Assembly: GCF_000189295.2 (NCBI RefSeq)
Contig: NC_016803.1
Location: 1,560,001 to 1,592,000 of the forward strand
Direction of reading: 5' to 3'
From: Pseudodesulfovibrio mercurii
Lineage (GTDB): Bacteria > Desulfobacterota > Desulfovibrionia > Desulfovibrionales > Desulfovibrionaceae
Length of the DNA stretch: 32,000 bases
Positions within the stretch are counted from its first letter, which is position 1, and every line of letters begins with the position of its first letter. A program made the position numbers and the translations under genes. The notes beneath the pieces were generated by a model. The model was not told where the DNA came from. It worked only from the letters and a program-made list of their open reading frames with translations, and ran no database searches. Shown here in pieces: positions 1 to 7,259 of this stretch.

Positions 1-402
1 CACGCCCCGGCGGCCGATGACCAGGGTGCCGTAGCCGCCCTCCTCGGCGATGGACAGGATCTCCAGGGCGATGTTCCGGCCGTGGCTGCAATCCTCCGCG
101 CCCTCGGGCCGGGCCGCACAGCTGTCGATGTACTGGCTGCAGACCTCCCCGGCGGACAGGCCGCCCGCCTCCAGTTCGGCCGCCGCCCGATCAAGGAAGT
201 CGCGCATGGCCTGCGAGTGCTCCCTGCACTGTCCGGACCAGCTGGTCTCGTCCGGGAACATGTCCCGCTCCGGCAGCCGCTCGATGTGCACCAGGAGCAC
301 GTCGTATCCCCGGCCGCCGTCCAGGATGGCCGCGGCGTAGCGCACGGCGCGCAGCGAATTCTCCGAACCGTCCACCGCGATGAGCACCTTCTTGAAATCC
401 AT
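1..402 (-). CDS. Universal stress protein (UspA family), N-terminal part only; the C-terminus runs off the left edge
   Basis: Absent from the ORF track because it has no stop in the window. Reverse-complement translation from ATG (402-400) reads MDFKKVLIAVDGSENSLRAVRYAAAILDGGRGYDVLLVHIE...ALEILSIAEEGGYGTLVIGRRGV, open to position 1 and in frame. The KxLIAVDGSENS opening and the VIGRRG segment are typical Usp-domain motifs. AAGGGGG lies about 6 nt upstream of the ATG. Confidence 0.7.
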   Translation of the reverse strand, partial: MDFKKVLIAVDGSENSLRAVRYAAAILDGGRGYDVLLVHIERLPERDMFPDETSWSGQCREHSQAMRDFLDRAAAELEAGGLSAGEVCSQYIDSCAARPEGAEDCSHGRNIALEILSIAEEGGYGTLVIGRRGV

Positions 403-446
403 GACCGCCCCCTTCGGGCTGAGGTTGATGGCGCGGGCCGCCCGGT

Positions 447-1406
447 TCAGCCGAGGAGCGCGCGGCACGGCCGAAGCTCGTCGAGCAGTTCCTCCACGGT
501 GTCGTAGAAGACCTCGGCCTGTTGCGAAAAATGCAGGAACACGTTGTTCAGGGCCGCCGGGATGTAGGGGAAGAGCTTGCGCAGGTTGACCACCCGGTTG
601 CGGATGACCAGGGAGTGGTCGCCCCGGTCCAGGCCGTTCAGGACCTCGGCGGAAAAGCCGCCCTGGTCCAGGTTGCCCAGGTTCCAGACCTGCTTGCCCG
701 CGCAGTAGATGAGGATGTTGCCCAGGCCGAAGATGTCCAGGCCGAACGGGTTCTCGTGGAAGTCGAAGGTGTAGTCGAAGTCGATCCAGCGGTAGGCGCC
801 CGTGCCGTACTCGATGAACAGGTGGTCACGCCGGATGTCGCCGTGCTTTTCGCCTTGGGCGTGCAGGGAGGCGATGGCCTCGCAGGCCCCCATGAAGTTG
901 TCGAGGATGGCCGGGAAGTGCTCGTGGAAATAGGTCTCGTGGTCCGCCTTGACGGCGTAGACGTACTTGCCGATCTCCCGGCCCTGGACGATGTCCAGGA
1001 TGCGCACCGGGTTGTCATGGTCGTCCCGACGGGTCACGCCGTGCATGAAGCGATGGTCGTCGGCCACCAGGTCCAGGATACGCGACTCCTTTTCCGGGCT
1101 GCGGTAGCACAGGACCTCGAAGTCCCCGACGTTGAGGGGGAAGCGCTCGAAAAAGACCAGCTTGAGAATCTTGGGCTGGCCGCTCTCCAGCTCCCGGCAG
1201 CGCTTGACCCAGTACTTGGGGTCCTCCATGCCGAAGCGCCGCTCGCTCTCGTCCTTGAGCACGAGATAGTGCGACCCCGCCAGCTCGATGACGTCACCGT
1301 GGTTGATGTCCATGAACTGGGTGGTGTCCGTGAACACCTTGCCGCAGCGCCGGACATCGAATTCCGGCATGTACCGTTCCACAAGCTCCCTGACCGCGTC
1401 CGACAT
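447..1406 (-). CDS. Protein-kinase-like fold protein of unknown specificity
   Basis: 319-aa ORF with normal amino-acid composition, unlike its antisense partner 522-1514. It has a catalytic-loop-like HGDIRRDH followed about 20 residues later by WIDFDY (DFG-like). Candidate VAIK-type lysine in KILKLVF. Sits 44 nt upstream of the usp gene on the same strand. Confidence 0.55.
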   Translation of the reverse strand: MSDAVRELVERYMPEFDVRRCGKVFTDTTQFMDINHGDVIELAGSHYLVLKDESERRFGMEDPKYWVKRCRELESGQPKILKLVFFERFPLNVGDFEVLCYRSPEKESRILDLVADDHRFMHGVTRRDDHDNPVRILDIVQGREIGKYVYAVKADHETYFHEHFPAILDNFMGACEAIASLHAQGEKHGDIRRDHLFIEYGTGAYRWIDFDYTFDFHENPFGLDIFGLGNILIYCAGKQVWNLGNLDQGGFSAEVLNGLDRGDHSLVIRNRVVNLRKLFPYIPAALNNVFLHFSQQAEVFYDTVEELLDELRPCRALLG

Positions 1407-1547
1407 GGCGACCCCCGCTTGACCGGTTCCCGAGAGAGTTCCCTACTCTTGCAGGATATTCGGCCGGGCGGGATATGGCAAGTATTCATTCCGGCGCGGC
1501 CGGAACTCCTGTAGCGGCGGTACGGACCGGCGGTGCGGACCGGGCGG

Positions 1548-2390
1548 CTAGCGCCCGGCCAATCTGGACTTCAGGGTCTGGGGGTAGTCGGTGATGATGG
1601 CGAAGCAGCCCGCGTCGAGCAGGGACAGGGCGCGGTCCATATGGTTGACCGTGTACGGCGAGACGCGGATGCCCGCTTCGGCCAGGCGGCGGACCGTGTC
1701 CTCGTCCAGGATGGCCTCGTCCGGATGGTAGCCCACGGCGCCCAGGTCGCGCAGGTACCCCTCGATGTCCTCGGGGTGGCGCTCCTCCACCAGGGCGGCC
1801 ACGGGGATCTCCGGGGCCAGGCGGCGCATCTCGGCCAGGTAGTCGTGGTTGAAGGAGGAGATCAGGACGAGGTCCTCGGCCCTGGCCTCGCGGACCTTGC
1901 GCAGGACTTGGGAGACGATGGACAGGTCGCCCGGAGCGTGGATCAGGTCCTTGATCTCCAGGTTCATGGGGAAGTCGTTGCGCCGGATGAAGGCCAGGGT
2001 CTCCTCCAGGGTGGGGATGCGCTGGCCGCGCATGCGCCCGAGGTCGGCCTCGCGCACCTCGCCGCGCGCGATGGTCCCGTAGGGGTCCTGGGCGGCGAAC
2101 CAGGTCCCGGCGTCCAGGGAGCGCAGCTCCTCCAGGGTGAAGGCGTGCACGGGCCACGGCGCGCGCTCGCAGAACTCGGGCCGGGCGGAGACGTCCGTGG
2201 TCCGGCCCAGGTCGTCGTCGTGAAAGACCACAAGCTCGCCGTCGCTGGTGCGTTGCACGTCCATCTCCCAGAAATCCGCGCCCAGCACCAGGGCCAGCTC
2301 GGCGGCCAGCATGGTGTTTTCAGGGGCCAGGGAACGCACGCCGCGATGGGCGCAGACATAGCCGCTCTTCGGCAGGTGATCGAAGAACAT
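1548..2390 (-). CDS. Glycerophosphodiester phosphodiesterase (GDPD / UgpQ-like, cytoplasmic)
   Basis: Trimmed from track ORF 1548-3104 to the ATG at 2390-2388 (MFFDHLPKSGYVCAHRGVRSLAPENT...). Carries the GDPD signatures HRG..APENT and EMDVQRTSDGELVVFHD. The start overlaps the stop of the upstream permease (ATGA at 2388-2392). No signal peptide. Confidence 0.85.
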   Translation of the reverse strand: MFFDHLPKSGYVCAHRGVRSLAPENTMLAAELALVLGADFWEMDVQRTSDGELVVFHDDDLGRTTDVSARPEFCERAPWPVHAFTLEELRSLDAGTWFAAQDPYGTIARGEVREADLGRMRGQRIPTLEETLAFIRRNDFPMNLEIKDLIHAPGDLSIVSQVLRKVREARAEDLVLISSFNHDYLAEMRRLAPEIPVAALVEERHPEDIEGYLRDLGAVGYHPDEAILDEDTVRRLAEAGIRVSPYTVNHMDRALSLLDAGCFAIITDYPQTLKSRLAGR

Positions 2391-3244
2391 CAGTCCGTCT
2401 TCCTGTTGAAATAGAAGTTGACCAGGGCGAGCAGGGAGGTGCCCACGATGAGCATCAGCGAGACCGCGTTGATGACCGGGGTGGAGCCGTCGCGCACCTG
2501 GAGATAGAGGTTGATGGGCAGGGTCGGTTCCGAGCCCACGAGGAAAAGCGTGGTGTTGAAGTTCTCGAAGCTCATCAGGAAGGCCACGGCCCCGGCCCCG
2601 ACGATGGCGGGCCGCAGGAACTTGAGCGTGATGTGGCGGATGACCCCGAAGGGGGTGGCCCCGAGGTTCAGGGCGGCCTCCTCCAGGGAGACGTCGAACT
2701 TGCGTAGCCGGGCCGAGACCACCAGGGTGACGAAGGTCGAGATGAACGAGAACTGGCCGAGGACGACCAGCCAGAAGCTCGGCCGGAACACGTCGAAGTC
2801 CAGGCCGAAGGTCTCGTCGAAGAAGGTGCCCGCCGTGTTGGCCGCGAGCAGCTGCGAGATGCCCAGGATCACGCCGGGGATGACCAGCGGGGCGAGCATG
2901 AGCAGATAGAGCAGCCCCTTGAAGCGGAAGTGCTCCTTCTCGAACAGGAAGCTCGCGCAGGTGCCGACCACCACGCTCAGGATGGAGACGAAGAAGGCGG
3001 TCTCGAAGCTGGTCAGGATGGCCCGCAGATTCTGCTGGTCGTGGAACAGGCCGACCCGGTCCGGGCCGTCGGCCAGGAACCAGTCCAGGCTGAACCCCTG
3101 CCACGGCAGGGACGGGAAGTCCGAGTTGTTGAAGGCCAGCACGCAGGTGACCACCAGCGGCGCGAAGAGAAAGACGAAATAGAGGACGATGAACCCGTTG
3201 AAGGCCCAGTCATACCCCTTGGAGCGCGGCAGGGAGCGGATCAC
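2390..3244 (-). CDS. ABC transporter permease (PotC/PotI-like)
   Basis: Trimmed from ORF 2390-4045 to the GTG at 3244-3242 (VIRSLPRSKGYDWAFNGFIVLYF...), which overlaps the upstream TGA (GTGA) and is preceded by GGAGG. Multiple hydrophobic helices. EAA-type loop LEEAALNLGATPFGVIRHITL. Confidence 0.85.
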   Translation of the reverse strand: MIRSLPRSKGYDWAFNGFIVLYFVFLFAPLVVTCVLAFNNSDFPSLPWQGFSLDWFLADGPDRVGLFHDQQNLRAILTSFETAFFVSILSVVVGTCASFLFEKEHFRFKGLLYLLMLAPLVIPGVILGISQLLAANTAGTFFDETFGLDFDVFRPSFWLVVLGQFSFISTFVTLVVSARLRKFDVSLEEAALNLGATPFGVIRHITLKFLRPAIVGAGAVAFLMSFENFNTTLFLVGSEPTLPINLYLQVRDGSTPVINAVSLMLIVGTSLLALVNFYFNRKTD

Positions 3245-4095
3245 GAGGCCACCTCCCCGAGCTTCTGGCCCGACAGCTTGAGCCCCGCCCAGATGATCAG
3301 GGAGCTTAGGACCAGGAGCAGGAAGCCGAAGGCCGAGCCCTGGTTCCAGTTGAAGCTGGCGATGAACTGGTTGTAGATCTGCTCGGTGAACCACAGGGAG
3401 TTCTTGCCGCCCATGAGGTTCGGGGTCAGGTAGTTGCCCAGCGTGAGCATGAAGACCACGATGGCCCCGGAGGTGATGCCCGGCTTGCAGTGCGGGATGA
3501 TGATGGTCCGCCAGATGGCGGTCTTGCGCGCCCCCAGGTCGTGGGCCGCCTCGATGAGGCTGTCGTCCAGGCTGTCCATGACCGAGACCAGCGGGACGAT
3601 CATGAAGAGCATGGAGGTGTAGACCAGCCCCATGATCATGGTGGCGTCGTTGTAGAGCATCTCCACGGGCTTGTGCAGCAGGCCGATTTTGACCAGGAAG
3701 AAATTGAGCACCCCGGACTCGCGCAGCAGGATCATCCAGCCGTAGATGCGCACCAGCTCGCTGACCCAGAACGGCAGGAGGATGAGGATCATCAGCGCGC
3801 CCTGAACCCTGGGCCGGGCCAGCTTGGAGATGTAGAAGGCCACGGGCATGGCCAGGACGCAGGTGATGGCCGTGGTCACGACCGCATAGAGCGCGGTCCG
3901 CACGAAGGTCAGCCAGTACACGGGCTCGGTGAAGAAATTCAGGTAGTTCTGCGCCGTCCAGACCATGTCGCCGTAGTCGTTCTCGCCCCGGAAGCTCATG
4001 ATCAGCAGGTCGATGTGCGGCAGGATGATGAGCAGCAGAAGCCACATGAGCACCGGGGCCAGGAAAATCCAGAAGGCGAGGCGCGACCGGGCCAC
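3241..4095 (-). CDS. ABC transporter permease (PotB/PotH-like)
   Basis: 284-aa ORF with GTG start at 4095 and GGAGGA 8 nt upstream. EAA loop LIEAAHDLGARKTAIWRTIIIP. Six predicted helices. Confidence 0.85.
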   Translation of the reverse strand: MARSRLAFWIFLAPVLMWLLLLIILPHIDLLIMSFRGENDYGDMVWTAQNYLNFFTEPVYWLTFVRTALYAVVTTAITCVLAMPVAFYISKLARPRVQGALMILILLPFWVSELVRIYGWMILLRESGVLNFFLVKIGLLHKPVEMLYNDATMIMGLVYTSMLFMIVPLVSVMDSLDDSLIEAAHDLGARKTAIWRTIIIPHCKPGITSGAIVVFMLTLGNYLTPNLMGGKNSLWFTEQIYNQFIASFNWNQGSAFGFLLLVLSSLIIWAGLKLSGQKLGEVAS

Positions 4096-4099
4096 GGCG

Positions 4100-5185
4100 C
4101 TAGTCCTCCGCCCGGAAGCAGATGCCCGACTCCGGGTGCCAGCCCACGCAGACCGTGTCGCCGGGCCGGATATGGTCGAACCTGCGGTTCTGGGGCAGGG
4201 TGACGATCAGTTCCCGGTCCTCCCCGGTGACCGTGAGCAGGCGGCTGTTGGCCCCGTCGAAGAGGATGGACCGGACGGTCACGTCGAAGAGGTTCAGGCC
4301 GGTGCACTCCCTGGGCTCGATGCGCATGGCCTCGGGCCGGAGGAAGAGGTCCACCCGGGAACTGCCCGCGCAGGAGCGGTGGGCGCGGGTGTGGAAGGCG
4401 TAGCCCTCGTCCGTGGTGATGAGCACCTCGCCGTTGTCCAGGGTCCGGGTGACGGACCCGCGCCAGCGGTTGTTGTCGCCCACGAACTCGGCCACGAACG
4501 GGGTCTCGGGAGAGCCGTAGAGCTCCTGGGGCGTGCCCACCTGCTCGAACCGGCCGTTGTGCATGACCGCCACGTGGTCGGACATGACCAACGCCTCGGA
4601 CTGGTCGTGGGTGATGTAGACGAAGGTCGTGCCCACCTTGGCCTGGAGCTTCTTGAGCTCCACCTTCATCTGCTCGCGCAGCTTCAGGTCCAGCGCGCCC
4701 AGCGGCTCGTCCAGGAGAAGCACCGAGGGCTCCAGGACCAGGCAGCGGGCGATGGCCACGCGCTGCTTCTGGCCGCCGGACAGCTGGTCCACGCGCTTGG
4801 GGCCGAAGCCGGGCAGCCCGACCCGCTCCAGGATGGCCTCGGTCCGCCGACGCACCTCGGCCGAGGCCGTGCCGCGCCGCTTCAGGCCGAAGGCCACGTT
4901 CTCGGCCACGTCCATCATGGGGAACAGGGCCAGGTGCTGGAAGACCAGGTTCACGGGCCGCCGGTTGGGCGGCACGCCGAGCATGTCGCGGCCGCGGATC
5001 TCGATGGTCCCGGAGGTGGGGTTCTCGAACCCGGCGATCATGCGCAGGAGCGTGGTCTTGCCGCAGCCGGACGGGCCGAGGATGGAAAAGAAGGAACCGT
5101 CGGGCACGTCGAAGGAGACGTCGTCCACGGCGGTGAATTCGCCGAAGCGCTTCACCAGGGCTCGGACAGAGAGATCATTGGTCAT
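4100..5185 (-). CDS. ABC transporter ATP-binding protein (PotA-like, with C-terminal TOBE-like regulatory domain)
   Basis: Walker A GPSGCGKTT, signature LSGGQKQR, Walker B LLLLDEP, H-loop ITHDQ, plus a C-terminal extension of about 120 aa. I chose the ATG at 5185 (MTNDLSV...). The track start at 5194 is a TTG. Neither has a strong SD. Confidence 0.9.
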   Translation of the reverse strand: MTNDLSVRALVKRFGEFTAVDDVSFDVPDGSFFSILGPSGCGKTTLLRMIAGFENPTSGTIEIRGRDMLGVPPNRRPVNLVFQHLALFPMMDVAENVAFGLKRRGTASAEVRRRTEAILERVGLPGFGPKRVDQLSGGQKQRVAIARCLVLEPSVLLLDEPLGALDLKLREQMKVELKKLQAKVGTTFVYITHDQSEALVMSDHVAVMHNGRFEQVGTPQELYGSPETPFVAEFVGDNNRWRGSVTRTLDNGEVLITTDEGYAFHTRAHRSCAGSSRVDLFLRPEAMRIEPRECTGLNLFDVTVRSILFDGANSRLLTVTGEDRELIVTLPQNRRFDHIRPGDTVCVGWHPESGICFRAED

Positions 5186-5213
5186 AGGCGTCAACCGGTT
5201 GTGTACGGAATGA

Positions 5214-5240
5214 GGCGGGGAGCCTCGCCGGCTCCCCGCC
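5214..5240 (-). promoter_or_regulatory. Perfect 11-bp GC-rich stem-loop between the binding-protein gene and the ATPase gene
   Basis: GGCGGGGAGCC-tcgcc-GGCTCCCCGCC, read directly. Lies 29 nt after the binding-protein stop. No clear U-tract follows, so it is more likely an intercistronic attenuator or mRNA-stabilising hairpin than a full terminator. Confidence 0.5.
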
Positions 5241-5268
5241 CCGTGCTGTCGTCATGCACCCGGCCAGA

Positions 5269-6330
5269 TTAGTTGGCGGCCTTGATCTTGTCCAGGACTT
5301 TGCCTTCCAGGCTCTCGAGCTGGGCCGGGACCGGCGGATACCACTTGATGTTGTCGATGGCTTCCTGCGGGAAGGAGCGGCTGAAGTTGGCGGCCACGGC
5401 CTCGTCCGTGTACTTGAGCGCGTCCTTGGAGGCGGTGGCGCACTTCTCCTGGGAGGTGAAGTAGCCGCTGTTCTCGGGCTTCATCATGAAGTTGATCCAC
5501 TTGTAGGCCGCGGCCGGGTTTTCGGCCTTGGCCGGGATGGCGAAGGTGTCGATCCAGCCCAGGGCGCCCTCCTTGGGGGCCTTGAAGTCGATGGCCGGGT
5601 TCTCGGCGTGCAGCTTCCACCCGCCCGCGTCCCAGGCCATGGCCACGAAGACCTCGCCGGAGCGCATGGACTCGATGAGCGCGTCGCCGTTGGCCCAGTA
5701 GTTCTGGACGATGGGCTTGCCCGCGATGAGCACCTCGGCGACCTTGTCGAGCATGGCCTTGTAGCCGTTCACGTCGCCGTACAGGGCGAACGGGTCATAC
5801 CCCAGGGCGAAGCCCATGGCGATCAGGGTGGGCCGCTTCAGGCGGTAGCTGACCCGGCCGTTGAACCTGGGATCGATCAGGGCCTTGTAGGAGTCCACGC
5901 CCGAGGCCTTGTCGCTGTTGACCACCAAGCCGGAGGTGCCCCAGCAGAACGGCACCGCGTAGGACTTGCCGTCCACCAGGGTGTTCTTCTTGACCGCGTC
6001 GAGCATGGACGGGATGAACAGGGGGGCGTCGATCTTGGCGTAATCCATGGGCTGGTAGATCTTGAACTTTTCCTGGACCGAGGAGATGCGGTCCTGGGAG
6101 GGCTGGGCCAGGTCGAAGCCCGCGCCGCGCGTGGCGCGCAGCTTGGCGATCATCTCCTCGTTGTTGGAGTAGGTCACCTCGACCTTGATGCCGGTCTCCT
6201 GCTCGAACTGTTCCACGAGCTTCTGGGGGGCATACCCCTTCCAGGTCAGAAGTTTGAGGGTCTCGGCCCGCGCCGTCCCGGCGAAGGCGAACATTGCCAG
6301 CATGAATACCACGAAAATCCGTTTCATCAT
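5269..6330 (-). CDS. ABC transporter periplasmic substrate-binding protein (PotD/PotF family)
   Basis: Start trimmed to the ATGATG at 6330/6327, preceded by GGAGA. Signal peptide MMKRIFVVFMLAMFAFAGTARA. Size and the ...LLTWKGY...NYWANGD... pattern are typical of polyamine/aminoethylphosphonate-type binding proteins. Confidence 0.85.
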   Translation of the reverse strand: MMKRIFVVFMLAMFAFAGTARAETLKLLTWKGYAPQKLVEQFEQETGIKVEVTYSNNEEMIAKLRATRGAGFDLAQPSQDRISSVQEKFKIYQPMDYAKIDAPLFIPSMLDAVKKNTLVDGKSYAVPFCWGTSGLVVNSDKASGVDSYKALIDPRFNGRVSYRLKRPTLIAMGFALGYDPFALYGDVNGYKAMLDKVAEVLIAGKPIVQNYWANGDALIESMRSGEVFVAMAWDAGGWKLHAENPAIDFKAPKEGALGWIDTFAIPAKAENPAAAYKWINFMMKPENSGYFTSQEKCATASKDALKYTDEAVAANFSRSFPQEAIDNIKWYPPVPAQLESLEGKVLDKIKAAN

Positions 6331-6416
6331 CGTCTCCGTTTGCACGTGTTGGGTTGATTCAAACGTTTGTTACAGCCATCCGGCCCGTTGCGCAATATCG
6401 GTGTGTTACAAACGCA

Positions 6417-7259
6417 TTAACTTATCGTCTTCGTTGCGGTCCGGGCCGCTCCGGCGAGGGTTTCCGCGTCCCCGCCCGGAGCCAGGGCCAGGGCGTCGTC
6501 CACCTTGAGGTCCACGCCGGACAGCCCGCGCCGGAAGGCCTCGCGCATGAGCGCGCACAGGGTCCGGGCCGCCCGCGCGTAGTCCAGCCCGGCGGGCCGG
6601 ATGTTGGAGATGCAGTTGCGCGCCTCGTCCGTGGTGGCGGGCGCGGGCCCGTAGGTCATGTACACGCCCATGCTGTCCGGGGCACTCAGCCCCGGCCGCT
6701 CGCCGATGACGACCACGGCCATGCGCGCCCTGAGGGCCAGGGCCACCCGGTCGCCCAGGGCCACCCTGCCCTGCTCCACGAAACAGAGCGGGCCCATGCG
6801 CAGGCCGAGACCGTCGAGCAGGGGGCGCAGTTCGTCCCGGAAGGGACGGAAATTCCGTTCGATGGCCGTGGACGACAGCCCGGCCGAGACCAGGAAGGCC
6901 ACGTCGCACCCCTTGCCCGCCCGTGCCGTGAGCATGGCCTCGCTCTCCGGGGCGAGCAGCCGCCCCAGGTCGGGCCGCCGCAGGAAGGTCGCCCGGTCCG
7001 GGGCCCGGCTCATGACCTCCAGGTATTCGATCCCCCCGAAGGCGGCCTCGCGGTCCAGGACCTGGTGCACGGCGTCCCGCGCCCTGGCGTGGTCCAGCTG
7101 GAAGGCGAGCACGTCGCGGGTGCGCAGGCCGACCCCGGCCCGGCCGAGCGCGATGCGCGCGTCGGTCCAGGCGCGCAGCCCGGCCCAGAAGTCCTCGGGC
7201 ACCAGATCGGCGGCGGCCAGGTCGCCGCCGGAAAAATCGGATTCAGGAGGACAGGCCAC
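6417..7259 (-). CDS. eutC: Ethanolamine ammonia-lyase small (light) subunit
   Basis: 280 aa with GTG start at 7259 and AAGGAG 7 nt upstream. Overlaps the end of eutB by 17 nt. Conserved blocks RIALGRAG...RT, FLRRPDLGR, VVVIGERPGL and CISNIR match remembered E. coli EutC. The N-terminus is short, so there is no long microcompartment-targeting extension. Confidence 0.9.
   Translation of the reverse strand: MACPPESDFSGGDLAAADLVPEDFWAGLRAWTDARIALGRAGVGLRTRDVLAFQLDHARARDAVHQVLDREAAFGGIEYLEVMSRAPDRATFLRRPDLGRLLAPESEAMLTARAGKGCDVAFLVSAGLSSTAIERNFRPFRDELRPLLDGLGLRMGPLCFVEQGRVALGDRVALALRARMAVVVIGERPGLSAPDSMGVYMTYGPAPATTDEARNCISNIRPAGLDYARAARTLCALMREAFRRGLSGVDLKVDDALALAPGGDAETLAGAARTATKTIS

Noticed and set aside
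522-1514. 330-aa plus-strand ORF fully antisense to the kinase-like gene
   Set aside because: Val/Ala/Gly/Asp/Pro-rich low-complexity translation, typical of the reverse frame of a GC-rich gene. No RBS. The minus-strand product has normal composition and kinase-like motifs.
1548-4045. Track ORFs 1548-3104 and 2390-4045, taken at face value as 518-aa and 551-aa proteins
   Set aside because: Their N-terminal halves are Pro/Arg/Gly-rich read-through of the upstream genes in another frame. Real starts are fixed by ATGA/GTGA overlaps and RBSs at 2390 and 3244. The same reasoning trims 7243-8886, 9315-10766, 8905-9408, 10861-11286, 11350-12672, 13051-15195, 18368-19426, 19228-20868, 19488-21410, 20936-21844, 25135-26532, 27475-28359, 28456-29778 and 29478-30572.
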